A stretch of DNA of 42,348 nucleotides, from NCBI GenBank assembly GCA_964622145.1, contig CAZUOK010000001.1:1-42348 (forward strand), in the 5' to 3' direction. The notes under the pieces are model-generated. The model was given only the letters and a program-made list of their open reading frames with translations. It was not told where the DNA came from and made no database searches. Origin of the DNA: Candidatus Woesearchaeota archaeon. Lineage in GTDB: Archaea; Nanobdellota; Nanobdellia; CAYMVK01; CAYYFB01. Every line of letters begins with the position of its first letter. Position 1 is the first letter of the stretch. Below, in pieces: positions 32,701 to 34,724 of the stretch. A program made the translations under genes and the position numbers.

Positions 32701-32766
32701 CCCGCATTGTTGAGGGATCTCAAGGGAACTGTAGACAAGATCGTAATATACGTGGAGATCAAGTAA
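11785..32766 (+). CDS. Giant (6,993-codon) multidomain cell-surface glycoprotein/adhesin-like protein with DUF2341, LamG, Ig-like and CARDB modules
   Basis: One uninterrupted ORF of 20,982 nt. AAGGAG lies 5 nt upstream of the ATG at 11785. An alternative ATG at 11851 gives a classical signal peptide. There is no C-terminal TM. NxS/T sequons are frequent throughout the ORF. Recognisable modules are listed as separate features below. Confidence 0.95.
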   Translation: MKNVFKHNCERYLKKDEIWGCLMEIWKIIPVAFMIFLLLPINIAALNLTNSTNKTASSRKFYEIFFENPERQCKGSVAIYGRVLENGKGYTGPIEISVNGTLYQVYSENGRFKMPIELETGRYEIIGSIGGYSSRTFIEVVNCGEVRLYYNSSCEQVTFWGYAKINGENYTGFGRLIVNDSEIQVEFLNGNMIPYSTTLLPGRYKVSLEVLGIRDTKIIIVQLCKPTLVVNNYTICAQFDKPFIVVIGNNTYDVKGKFCRELPPGRYNVTVRWDEGSISSEVFLPRIDIKMRKVYSPRESILFKVFSDIYPVCYQIPEIGISKCTNHTTIRIGKLEEGNYTLVIKVGDVTLKRYFRVFRKVIRKIFGEHEFIIEGNVSVEKVGEKYVLKGSGFVSLNLTSNPFIISYAWERAGKKYKPLNLSFEINGTKEIILPRRSRFDVGVVKKGSIAEVIAEHRKMFLKVIGGTFDKVFVVDPESIPEKPREFPNKLLKVYIRTNESKVRLYLSKKYRYPEVWKFNPKRFEWRKIGYSIEGDYIVVTLEDGGPFDEDGEKNGVIVDDIGITTSWWNESWKWRRIYNITSSKNQNITGFPAYIIVNTSKLISEGKMRGDCGDVRFTFWNRTSNSEEEIPYLFVGPCNSSHSLIWFRLPVLYDNSTSTTVFMYFGNPNATDNSDPQAVFPGLRAYWAFEEGSGNVTKDYSGNNFDGVLTDVAGGDPPLWRNTSSCVVGYCIESDDIGDAVNLSYLAVNGLDNVTFEAWIKTTDNRWGLISGANSGQDNEYLIYLETTPELRLYIKGSYDGVPPGSLTDGNWHHLVVVRNSDGTAEFYLDGSLLGTVSGLRTGTLTIDPNGLWLLQEQDSVGGSWDTTQVFIGLVDEVRIYNRSLSQDDIQKRVTNYTKTLVLEEYLAKLNVTIDYPSEGFVAIRYEPFWLNGTVHCVRGNCSNVSVYAQYIEPTGISGEVIEDTQQDFINYSEKVNVSIFDYLKLQPETGKSWWNESWRYRMKINISYTGQGNLTEYTVNVTIDTQSLITQGKMSPNCSDIVFTYYNQTTESEYEIPYWIESGCNTTNTVIWVRVPLIRNSTNETIYMYYGNPNAKIYYDPDDVFEYFVNFTKLGVQSAYGSGQDITPNNWEIVNDTILHLWGNNWKGVYYGPIKIEGDGSQILELYMNGTDTAEIYGVGFDVDLDNVNDARGSFYKFAGSQAWGLTPDQSYTNFGNWQRVYAILDDFSGQYLYFIFSNDDDADSNGNVWYKNVRVRKYATPEPTATVIGEEVLSIRPSGYYISKVIDLGSQDVRFGNIYWIAKVPQNTSLKVYTRSSSDGVAWSVWYEEINNTDVNAPDARYIQYKVEMTSQDPNKTPIFDKIVIEYTYTAPKFKDMKSSGTPFTTTNPYDCGVLDQTNNVCYPSFQVTPTEKGNFTLRLLANSTDTNIEPAESQWVNITVYERTYITDFKIQPSVQYKGGSVTISVRLLDASSNPIPNQNITFTDETDGTTIGSVLTDSNGYAVIQYNIPRNASLGYHTIRADYPGNSSLFYYSSWSTEQLKVSSSPQFWEIGTNDTYIGTGERVKIFANVTDEVGLDTVLVFITYPNGTEVNRTMTYNKASGYYEYVTEKLWEKGNYSFYIWANNTDGIENKSWTENFYLKIVGRLDVSTEKEKYKNFEILHLSNMNREWDMPGYAYRRWLSIYSNQTEWGTAVLRVDTKSLISEGKMNPDCSDIKFAKITTIEEIKVHIDNPYGVYRSDFVFPIEITDKRFLGKVDPAGRDIRIFTYKTDQPYSQEPDVPFWVESITSSRARIWIRHNLPINGLDLYIYYGKPGAESKSNYTAVFKEVVGEAGIVYTNDSWVNFSYLNSTGDTVFVFSSINTYYGSDEAFTRITKVNSSGFHVLIQESVALDQSHAYEKIGWIGFRKGAWIVCGKVIYVGNDSIDSNYKTVTVPYSFQDPVWVSQIQTFYETDPAHTRMNNPGSNSINIKIEETNTADTPHTYENVAYLVTEQFVCESGNFKIATGKKYHRQSSDVSATAGWTYYDLPNFPTTPVVVAKIMTERGGDNVHERIKDVTTDGFNYAMEEESGYDGPHIEEWNGYIAVTPGPIYGAKLEDTWPTTTIVEGPNVIAKTIEEIPHYLKSNCNQNDTEILVNLKQVSEGENRVYMYYGNPYDKEIENTGEDAINVFTYPSQYCSYVVLGIGGSSMDIVSYSHNNIISIGGTTITLNKGEYTTVSVSNGDEICSTGPISTGTQSTGDGAPAVPKTWAGKTFVVAVTRYNPVYFDIYALENATIRVYNSTGTGWTLVEEFSLSEGEYIQKSYPGGDSRVTTIEVSYLINSTGNILVFYRGKSDDYMPLTPANTELYLNPTQYLVIAAIYDNTNVNIYFSDGSSTTVTLNAGQGWVGGAYGSDGNANSVRIVSDKPIFAYQQADSDGTETTPGVSPKYMDRIFFFPQDAEYFVATTKTNKTTYCALYDTNGTLVNEWTVTASYPYPGKIGYGTGQDGTINIRKGYKLVCNESVIVIYEESSNDAETILYGPSAHAKIINVTYNDLGIEEDYYVNIENNGNETIRGYIYAIIQRFEDGQWVNVPPAIINDRASENLRVIGPGESLNLTYLWEYYGAWNTSSNPNGRYRVYVRFEDEKGNVITDWYGNPLEDYGYFEIIPADLSIINLTHKAMYEKDLEEYETNDTIDWINLTVTSLENTGIDTRVYLTFIDESGKYVGFGPNSEERTCGTIEENNTCSVSYGPVTIPENTGNLVVRFKVNLTAQNSGGAIFDTRGINFRYAVPLDVEEISGNNLINYPVMLILNVSDLINKGKVRSDLADLRVLDDKKKEVPRLILDYNETHKIIFFPTNLSANERKTYYLVYGNSSLSQPSYPDVYMFEYLSGYDQWKTISDSRQNLIIIAYFNNTKFKVEGGINVNGTLNAGEFYKVELPTNSQYSPLKYIIKTTKPVTVIIGSTELSRPNGATYSLDYLSRPYGRYFLTWGMDGSTSGNLTIFVTENDTVISVKNMSSGNYLIQNQVYNFGDVVHLSTSPHVFEINSSKPVLVVISQDDAFTSRDIGYRIPSFNGTWDGTYFKFYLTYAGGFYIVNPNDHPINYTVSGCITGSGTVGPKSSVLITGGTAGSLCEVWTTERALLFSEIYADVQYYITSLDGATTGKEFVYRVEDPYQGGNVVIGIHVLFDGTDVQDGCSGVYWTNLNKGWHYYRNAKSSGECRIIASKPIVVLLMVSEQEPSYTVSVPEWHMDWKEKPIIRVYKEISTRIFVHDIPSTFSSTPPERLYQNGPPVYYNFSMKNLWRENITNLAIRINCPNLPGLTCECVDNPGHPYCNVGNLTPNQEITVSFKITATEDTPTGNYIVNATVSYLNPLGNNKTWREVEPQTLEIRTYGIMEITVYSYPENVTRGSNATFKAYANNTGDQTAPEAWLAYSVYPSGWSIVEGSRNVTATNVSPGQIFWNNVTFYVSQSSSLGAQQVKLESGSSLDQKDFKVVTIYVYANTTLNIWLNDTDASRGEYVEVFAKLMYDNGTPVKGQKIEFYDETDNRFLGSSITNSQGIASVIYYLNESVSLGTHTINASYPGNSTLYLNPSENRTTLEVGLKPTIHWIEIVPSIVGYGKNVTIRANVTDDKGVSNVTAEIISPDGEKETVVLQNVYSTIYEREYSPKWLNGTYNVTVIAEDTSGSITKAFSQFQVEIESEILVETEKQSYLPTENVRLKKNTIFPLKYKVEIKIRSNESVNITEYQIMITFNSSKLISEGKMRDDCGDLRFSWLNKSSGEEVEIPYFLDYGCGEGETVVWVKVPLVYANNVTTIYMYYGNPAVTSDSSEFDVFTFEKENATTFWTVSSESVGQNLDIQAFLNNTSVIWEGSSQKIQNGTSYQLSSPSSQTSTLSHDKPIFGAFEGDTTEALHPISWAGKKFAYYVYRGTNEWHICAPFGDAKVQIYDGTTLLATYNIQKGNCIVANNDVTDGSVVIIESNESILVQHVDTTNNYDSRILYPVSTRLYGVPSERFEIAAIEDGTTVNIYCSDGYTNTLTLDRGQGWDYAIGGSEGTAPACVIISNKPVGANSLADSDGTETTTFLPLEELDRYYVFPQPVQYVAVAAPFDETTCTLYNPDGTVYDSQTAYVSGNAPGKIYFGSTTDGTNIQAGSYMICNKPVFAYYEYATTNDETQLFGPKANRKYSPRIYVESFGNETLAVSQVINYKRIFEGYIIAEVEKKIGESWVRKSVLVNDTTTGTRREFNLSLFDLSKVIPAWNPEGETGEFRMKIYVTDPEGNILNTTDGKLIGYAYFNVSQPPLKLNVSEIRVYETPYGEHGGGTLVDKGINKTFILESGKVYRFEIDVDVLSDSQTWNITEANVTFENLNQSWIIDVQNDVWYLNQTDTAERLGGLFTNGILKWNTSENDGTADNGTKVTFYFILNLTGASEEERGVLFRIETPTTIVKDFDTLKIIVPDTTPPNPVIYGLNTTEIFRGESVLAYAQWNEEIKNATIEYNSTTKFLNNYTIPGPYTNNWTNYTIETTSLWLLGRHYVRIYASDLSDNWNKTPAMYFKVYGLAYVSSISTNNSNPLVGDTVKITCLILDDTNDQGIENYNVSFWVNNSYIGSNLTNSSGYAEITYQFTSPGSYEIKCNITEDLDRYYKVDNRNEKSTTVFVRETEPPKWWEVVYPSLAHKGDTVNLSVRWKDNFELDYAILSTNESGTMENVSYMKLSGKDAWANFSYQIPTTISPGYIIWKQYANDTSNNWNVTDEYLIEVWGWAEVSNAVVNPSSIQQGGTTTMYCKIVDANQTTVGIEGYNVSFYLGNTLLGYNLTNSSGWAEYTFTVNTAGTYTVKCIIGDYPEKKYNASSKNEGSDTLTVSATEDIYPPQIVDNNYGLNATKIYRYDAILVYGQWNETIDTAWVEYNKTSSLITETVPGPYTNNWTNHTIVTDDAWTPGVHVVKLYANDTSGNINDTLPYLSFEMWGRSAVYWVSPNETYREVVDLVCQVKDYDTGSPISDYVVEFYNSTSYLGSNKTDSNGYARLRVDLSSYTPGYNTFYCKIVKDDEKYYDPAVSSVGKDVLIKGKLNVTIVNPENGSSLERGETYWLNSTTYDEFGNKVTPDSSYWFEGQTEIGSGENITWTVPSDHPLGPTVIKVNVTKQYYDPAEDNITVYIYGHSSVVWVSPEDGSYPSGSILELICYVNDTDRNSGISGYPVSFYYNGTLIGTSNTNSTGYAVISWDTSGLDGTYNVSCEIGNYSYYIAKKTSDSTMIEVYLDTTPPNVTIVSPENKSYNINTIPLNYTVQDEHLDSCWYELDGTNYSLPNCENTTLTNLQEGSHYVRVYANDTAGNVGYSEVWFTVDLTSPVITIISPENRTYGETGIWMNITLNEAGSVCMYSIDGGQNQTMNKLNDTYFYRFASVGEGTHKVKFFCNDTAGNWGSAQEFFTVDLTAPTVTLYEPENNSVLDQGNVTFKCYAEDNLKLINVTLYTNKSGSFSPELTNSSGINGNYTFKLTMSEGYYIWNCKACDDIRCSFYSENWSFYVDLNAPTVTVVSPENKSYNTNTIQLNYSASDLTLDSCWYELDGTNYSLPNCENTTLTNLAEGSHHLIVYANDSLGRVGYDEVWFRVDLTPPSLVVVSPENNTEYGTPNVPLEYSVSDNIEVDTCWYVLDGGQPTVLLNCQNTTLSLDNGPHNITVYVNDTAGNTNQSFVQFTVNSTAPYVKILHPVEGNYYNNQTIWLNYTVQDTDLDSCWYSIDGGDNVSIPNCQNITITVSDGSHNVKVYANDSLNQIGWDSVNFFVDTVPPSLVLISPENKSYSENTIWINYTVNDTNLDYCVYELDGSNTTVSDCSNVSLELSEGSHYVRVFAFDKAGNYNVTSKVWFTVDTTPPNVTIVSPENKTYTVNDIPLNYTVSDNFEISMCWYVLDSQEEVYLQGCQNTTLTNVPDGSHRIRVYANDSAGNVGYSEVWFTVDTRGPNIYFVPPTPGDNQAIDYNWTYINITTDEDASIAILEFDFNNGTVLNFTMNQNNPRNWWYNVTDLQDGTYYYRVHANDTFGNWNTTAWRTVRISVGAPAINIISPENKTYKDSNYIQLNVTVNKEVSAWWYSINNGRNITFTPNISIAARIGSNVVRVYANDSAGNVGYSEVWFTVDTTFWEDKFDHYSGLEIWENITIENGSAKIRFCYPVFEPDCWKYRVRINVSNPDTQDHTDVQLNLTVDTQSLISEGKMNGNCSDIRFTYYNQTSGEEYEIPYYIESGCNTTSTIIWVKVPFVPAGGSSIIYMYYGNPGAQGRSNISEVFNYYNNIGQCNGSVAGGSCSVIFDAPAGEVFYEANLTMRMAGDFGYGGSFSSDAVCDENYERANLIVDGSVIGCYSTGIDGCTLNEPPGMPVSIDVRNKGSVNVTGDSTDVVNLDPNNCGFYYKFEFEISGYTRKNATLEYSVGTEEVAIRNAKIRSIAIKPRKVARWLKFYGVHSIPTGTGIEYRILDSNNNTLLVCNSETAQTGCDLSGINAKEIKLEAVLTTNSEATPELMYWNVSWTPNSSVAINVINETSGTISNALIRILRNGTVLAEGYGSVVVDVEIYENYTVETITGTSYGDLLLRLFELNVTKDTIEIKEQIVENYTGNLPQNIWKVTPVVALNDTDLNYSKATLVIPKGDVQSIDYILHCTDWNYTSATCNNWVTSDPNSYEGFGENSTHFWFNVTGFQAYAGGTVGYDVQVNEITFNKTKPVENETVLVTANVSNEGSSDLTNVTIRLEIYLWNETSGSWILDESYEKNVSIPVGNYTLVNFTWTAKIGTYNFTVIADPYDQIDEVNESNNANWSELNVSAWTIYYGHVNGWIVIGGNNGENFTVWIPYMIEGNLYFADQDSSFEFENLMPLNGTNDLEELDEALNMSIYKDSVSNVYDKDGDGVPDHTDCFSIGNRLLCDVPVVNSTEENNGNFVTGILWDSGDGGTEYNGTQDVVFITKVNYNKTGSFGRYDYEVRIPALLRDLKGTVDKIVIYVEIK
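11795..11802 (-). promoter_or_regulatory. TATA-like box (minus strand TTTAAATA) for the 10123..11769 operon
   Basis: Centred about 29 nt upstream of the ATG at 11769 on the minus strand. Confidence 0.35.
11817..11825 (+). promoter_or_regulatory. TATA-like box (ATATTTAAA) that would serve an ATG at 11851 of the giant gene
   Basis: Centred about 30 nt upstream of the in-frame ATG at 11851. That ATG starts a textbook signal or anchor sequence (MEIWKIIPVAFMIFLLLPINIAA). Confidence 0.35.
12010..12858 (+). repeat. Four small beta-sandwich repeats with [PT]GRY signature (carboxypeptidase-regulatory-like, tentative)
   Basis: Recurring ends are ETGRYEIIGSIGG, LPGRYKVSLEVLG, PPGRYNVTVRWDEG and EEGNYTLVIKVGD, spaced about 60-75 aa apart. 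Confidence 0.5.
13483..13824 (+). repeat. DUF2341-like module 1
   Basis: WWNESWKWRRIYNI...LISEGKMRGDCGDVRFTF...EIPYLFVG...LIWFRLPVL...VFMYFGNPNA...AVF. Confidence 0.8.
13831..14460 (+). other. LamG / concanavalin-A-like jelly-roll domain (Laminin_G_3 type)
   Basis: LRAYWAFEEGSGNVTKDYSGNNFDGVL...VTFEAWIKT...GNWHHLVVVRNSDGTAEFYLDGSLLGT...FIGLVDEVRIYNRSLSQDDI. This is the full canonical motif series of LamG_3 domains. Confidence 0.85.
14764..15102 (+). repeat. DUF2341-like module 2
   Basis: WWNESWRYRMKINI...LITQGKMSPNCSDIVFTY...EIPYWIESGCN...VIWVRVPLI...IYMYYGNPNA...DVF. Confidence 0.8.
16825..17274 (+). repeat. DUF2341-like module 3 (atypical, with internal partial duplication)
   Basis: YRRWLSIYS...LISEGKMNPDCSDIKFA, then a second N-half (FPIEITDKRFLGKVDPAGRDIRIFTY), then VPFWVESI...RIWIRHNLP...LYIYYGKPGA...AVF. 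Confidence 0.65.
17275..18141 (+). repeat. Three-fold internal repeat domain with R..[GF]...E[ES]...H..E signature (family not identified)
   Basis: The three units are SDEAFTRITKVNSSGFHVLIQESVALDQSHAYEKIGWIGF, TDPAHTRMNNPGSNSINIKIEETNTADTPHTYENVAYLV and GGDNVHERIKDVTTDGFNYAMEEESGYDGPHIEEWNGYIAV. Confidence 0.55.
18142..18309 (+). repeat. DUF2341-like module 4 (C-terminal half only)
   Basis: EIPHYLKSNCN...EILVNLKQV...VYMYYGNPYD...NVF. The N-terminal W..W/ISEGKM half is missing. Confidence 0.6.
18310..19370 (+). other. ~350-aa beta-rich module, copy a (follows DUF2341-4)
   Basis: Internally repetitive strands of the type x-T-x-V-x-[IV]-Y...L-x-x-G-[EQ]...S-x-KP-[IV]-[FV]. Contains WAGKTFVVAV, NVNIYFSDGSSTTVTLNAGQGW, SDKPIFAYQQADSDGTETT and LVCNESVIVIYEE. 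Resembles IgGFc-binding-N-terminal-like beta-solenoid or sandwich modules (unverified). Confidence 0.5.
20116..20406 (+). repeat. DUF2341-like module 5 (divergent)
   Basis: NYPVMLILNVSDLINKGKVRSDLADLRVLDD...EVPRLILDY...KIIFFPTNL...YYLVYGNSS...VYMF. Confidence 0.6.
20407..21465 (+). other. ~350-aa beta-rich module, copy b (follows DUF2341-5)
   Basis: Same strand grammar as copy a: NTKFKVEGG...LNAGEFYKV...TTKPVTVIIG; NDTVISVKN...NFGDVVHL...SSKPVLVVISQ; ECRIIASKPIVVLLMV. Confidence 0.45.
22939..23259 (+). repeat. DUF2341-like module 6
   Basis: KYKVEIKIRS...LISEGKMRDDCGDLRFSW...EIPYFLDYGCG...VVWVKVPLV...IYMYYGNPAV...DVF. Confidence 0.8.
23260..24300 (+). other. ~350-aa beta-rich module, copy c (follows DUF2341-6)
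   Basis: Collinear with copy a: WAGKKFAYYV, TVNIYCSDGYTNTLTLDRGQGW, SNKPVGANSLADSDGTETT, MICNKPVFAYYEY, QLFGPKA (compare ILYGPSA in copy a). Confidence 0.55.
25132..27543 (+). repeat. Four tandem ~200-aa di-domain (A-B) Ig-like units
   Basis: A-type stretches: GPYTNNWTNYTIETTSLWLLGRHYVRIYASDLSDNWN and GPYTNNWTNHTIVTDDAWTPGVHVVKLYANDTSGNIN. B-type stretches: GIENYNVSFWVNNSYIGSNLTNSSGYAEITY, GIEGYNVSFYLGNTLLGYNLTNSSGWAEYTF, ISDYVVEFYNSTSYLGSNKTDSNGYARLRV and ISGYPVSFYYNGTLIGTSNTNSTGYAVISW. Confidence 0.75.
27544..30183 (+). repeat. Ten tandem ~85-95-aa Ig-like repeats (SbsA/Big/HYR-like G-S-H-x-[IV]-x-V-Y-A-N-D-x-A-G-N signature)
   Basis: Unit consensus: D-[TL]-T-P-P-x-V-x-[IV]-[IV]-SPENK-[ST]-Y...[IL]-x-LNYTV-x-D..LD-x-CWY-x-LDG.N....NC.NTTL..L.EGSH.[VI]RVYAND[ST]AGNVGYSEVWFTV. 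Units 3 and 9 are divergent. Perfect DNA repeats of 76, 48 and 52 nt link non-adjacent units. Confidence 0.85.
30307..30630 (+). repeat. DUF2341-like module 7
   Basis: CWKYRVRINVS...LISEGKMNGNCSDIRFTY...EIPYYIESGCN...IIWVKVPFV...IYMYYGNPGA...EVF. Confidence 0.8.
31882..32220 (+). other. CARDB domain
   Basis: YDVQVNEITFNKTKPVENETVLVTANVSNEGSSDLTNVTIRLEIY...GNYTLVNFTWTAKIGTYNFTVIADPYDQIDEVNESNNA. The canonical CARDB ending E-x-NE-x-NN is present. Confidence 0.8.
32221..32763 (+). other. C-terminal S-module of the giant protein (homologous to small secreted proteins S1/S2); contains a D-x-D-G-D-G-x-x-D Ca-binding-like motif
   Basis: AWTIYYGHVNGWIVIGGNNGENFTVW aligns with HWAGVFGNATGKLILGDASGYKLYEW (S1) and KWVGFWGEVSGQIVLGDSSGNIFYQW (S2). 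The end DYEVRIPALL...KIVIYVEIK aligns with NYQVILPEN...TYYVWIELV and DYQVLAGVN...TFYFYLELP. DKDGDGVPDHTD sits at 32458-32493. Confidence 0.6.
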
Positions 32767-32768
32767 TG

Positions 32769-32776
32769 TTTATAAA
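32769..32776 (+). promoter_or_regulatory. TATA box (TTTATAAA) for the MoxR-DUF58-vWA cassette
   Basis: Starts 3 nt after the giant-gene TAA (32764-32766) and is centred about 28-29 nt upstream of the ATG at 32801. A T6 run at 32781-32786 could also act as the giant-gene terminator. Confidence 0.45.
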
Positions 32777-32800
32777 TTGATTTTTTCAAAAAGAAGAGAT

Positions 32801-33811
32801 ATGAGTGAATTTGAGCCTGAAAAAGAGTTAGAGATTTCAAAGGAAAAGATTAGAGAATTTAGAGACAAGATACATACTCTTAAAGAAGAAATACACAAAA
32901 CAATAGTTGGTCAAGAAGAAGTTGTAAAACAGGTATTGGTCTGTCTTATATGTGACATGCACGCCCTACTCGAGGGAGTTCCAGGCCTTGCGAAGTCCCT
33001 TCTAGCAGAAACACTTTCGAGATGTATTGAGGGGGCAACATTCAAAAGGATACAGTTCGTCCCAGACATGCTACCATCAGACATTATAGGGGTTACAATC
33101 TTCGATCCATCAACAGGGACTTTTAAGACTGTTAAAGGACCAATATTTGCGAATTTTATAATCGCTGATGAGGTCAACAGAGCCCCTCCAAAGACACAAA
33201 GCGCTCTCTTGGAAGCAATGCAGGAGAGGAGGGTGTACATATATGGGGAGGAATATCCCCTTGAAAGACCATTCCTCGTCCTAGCAACCCAGAACCCGCT
33301 AGAACAACAGGGGGTCTATCCCCTATCAGAGGCCTTTGTGGATAGATTCTTCATGAAGATATTGGTCGATTACCCAAGTTGGGATGAGGAGATGGAAATA
33401 ATAGATAGAAACACAATGGTCCAATATGACGTTCTTGAGAAGGTCAAAAAGGTCATGACAAAAGAAGATATAGTAGAGATGCAGAGGGCTGTTAGGAAGA
33501 TCTATATAGCTAGACCGATAAAGGAATACATATTAAGGATTGTCCAGACAACGAGGGGGAAAGGTGAAAAAATAAGGTATCTGAAATATATAAGGTACGG
33601 TGCCTCACCTAGGGGTTCCATATCTTTAGCACTTGCGGCAAGGGCTATTGCAATGATGAAGGGAAGAAACTTCGTGATACCAGACGACATAAAAGAAATA
33701 ATATACCCTGTCCTCAGGCACAGGATCATACTGAACTTTGAAGGAAGGGCTGCTGGGATATCTACAGATGAAATAATAACGGAGATACTTGAAAATGTTG
33801 AGGTTCCTTGA
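32801..33811 (+). CDS. MoxR-family AAA+ ATPase
   Basis: Walker A GVPGLAKS and Walker B/sensor block FIIADEVNRAPPKTQSALLEAMQERRV. Also present are PFLVLATQNPLEQQGVYPLSEAFVDRF and the C-terminal GASPRGSISL lid motif. All are hallmarks of MoxR (AAA_3). The start is taken at ATG 32801 rather than the track TTG at 32777, which would overlap the TATA box. Confidence 0.92.
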   Translation: MSEFEPEKELEISKEKIREFRDKIHTLKEEIHKTIVGQEEVVKQVLVCLICDMHALLEGVPGLAKSLLAETLSRCIEGATFKRIQFVPDMLPSDIIGVTIFDPSTGTFKTVKGPIFANFIIADEVNRAPPKTQSALLEAMQERRVYIYGEEYPLERPFLVLATQNPLEQQGVYPLSEAFVDRFFMKILVDYPSWDEEMEIIDRNTMVQYDVLEKVKKVMTKEDIVEMQRAVRKIYIARPIKEYILRIVQTTRGKGEKIRYLKYIRYGASPRGSISLALAARAIAMMKGRNFVIPDDIKEIIYPVLRHRIILNFEGRAAGISTDEIITEILENVEVP

Positions 33812-34724
33812 GCTGTTTAGGGGGAAACCAGAGATCCCAGTAAGGGTCCTTGAATTCAAAGAGCTTTGGAACAAGAGCATAGTTAATGTTTGGAAGCTGC
33901 TAGAGATACTTAGATTTCAGTTCATATACTACAGGGTAATAACTGGGAGAGGTTTGGAATTCGACAGATTGAGGGAATACACTCCAGAGGATGATGCAAA
34001 GTTCATAGACTGGAGGGCTTTCGCGAGGTGTAGGAAGCCTTACGTGAAGGTCTTCAAGGAGGAGAGGAGATTGGATATTGTATTCCTTGTGGATGTCTCA
34101 ACAACCATGGTCCTTGGGACAACAAGGTACACAAAGAATGAGTACGCATCAATACTTGCAACAACTCTGGCACTTGTTTCCCAGTCCCTTGGAGATAGGG
34201 TTTGTCTTGTCGCATTTTCGGATGAGATAAAGAAGTTTGTTGAGCCCGGAATATCCATTGACAACGTCCTCCAAATAGCAAAGGCCCTCTGCGATAGAGA
34301 AATATACGGTGGAGGAAAGAATTGGAGGATTGTGTCCCCGACGATACTTGAGACCTTTGGGCCAAACACCTTTGTCTTCATACTCTCCGACTTTATTGGG
34401 GAAAAGAGGGATTTATACGATCTTCTAATGAAATTCTCGAACAAATTTAAAGGAGTTGCTGGAATAATGATAAGAGATCCACTAGACTCTTACATACCGG
34501 AGGGAATAGGAAAGATTTATATCCAGGATCCAATGACTGGAGAAGTAATGCTTGTTGATATGGACAAGATTAGGGAAGAGTACAACAGGACTGTTGAGGA
34601 GGAGGAAAGAAAACTGAAAGAAGTATTTTTGTCTTATGGGAGCTTGTTTGCAAAGACTTTGACAAACAATTTTGACTTTCCAGGATTGATACTCTCCCTG
34701 TTTGGGGGAAGATTATGGAAGTGA
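33789..34724 (+). CDS. DUF58-family protein (vWA-like fold, MoxR partner)
   Basis: GLEFDRLREYTPEDDAKFIDWRAFARCRKPYVKVFKEERRLDIVFLVDVSTTM is the signature DUF58 block (G-x-EF-x-x-R-x-Y-x-x-GD-D-x-R-x-IDW...). Overlaps the moxR 3' end by 23 nt, which suggests translational coupling. Confidence 0.88.
   Translation: MKMLRFLELFRGKPEIPVRVLEFKELWNKSIVNVWKLLEILRFQFIYYRVITGRGLEFDRLREYTPEDDAKFIDWRAFARCRKPYVKVFKEERRLDIVFLVDVSTTMVLGTTRYTKNEYASILATTLALVSQSLGDRVCLVAFSDEIKKFVEPGISIDNVLQIAKALCDREIYGGGKNWRIVSPTILETFGPNTFVFILSDFIGEKRDLYDLLMKFSNKFKGVAGIMIRDPLDSYIPEGIGKIYIQDPMTGEVMLVDMDKIREEYNRTVEEEERKLKEVFLSYGSLFAKTLTNNFDFPGLILSLFGGRLWK

Noticed and set aside
32777-32800. TTG start (track) for the MoxR gene.
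   Set aside because: It would place the start codon immediately after or within the TTTATAAA box. ATG 32801 sits at the canonical ~28-nt distance, and the MoxR homology begins well downstream of either start.
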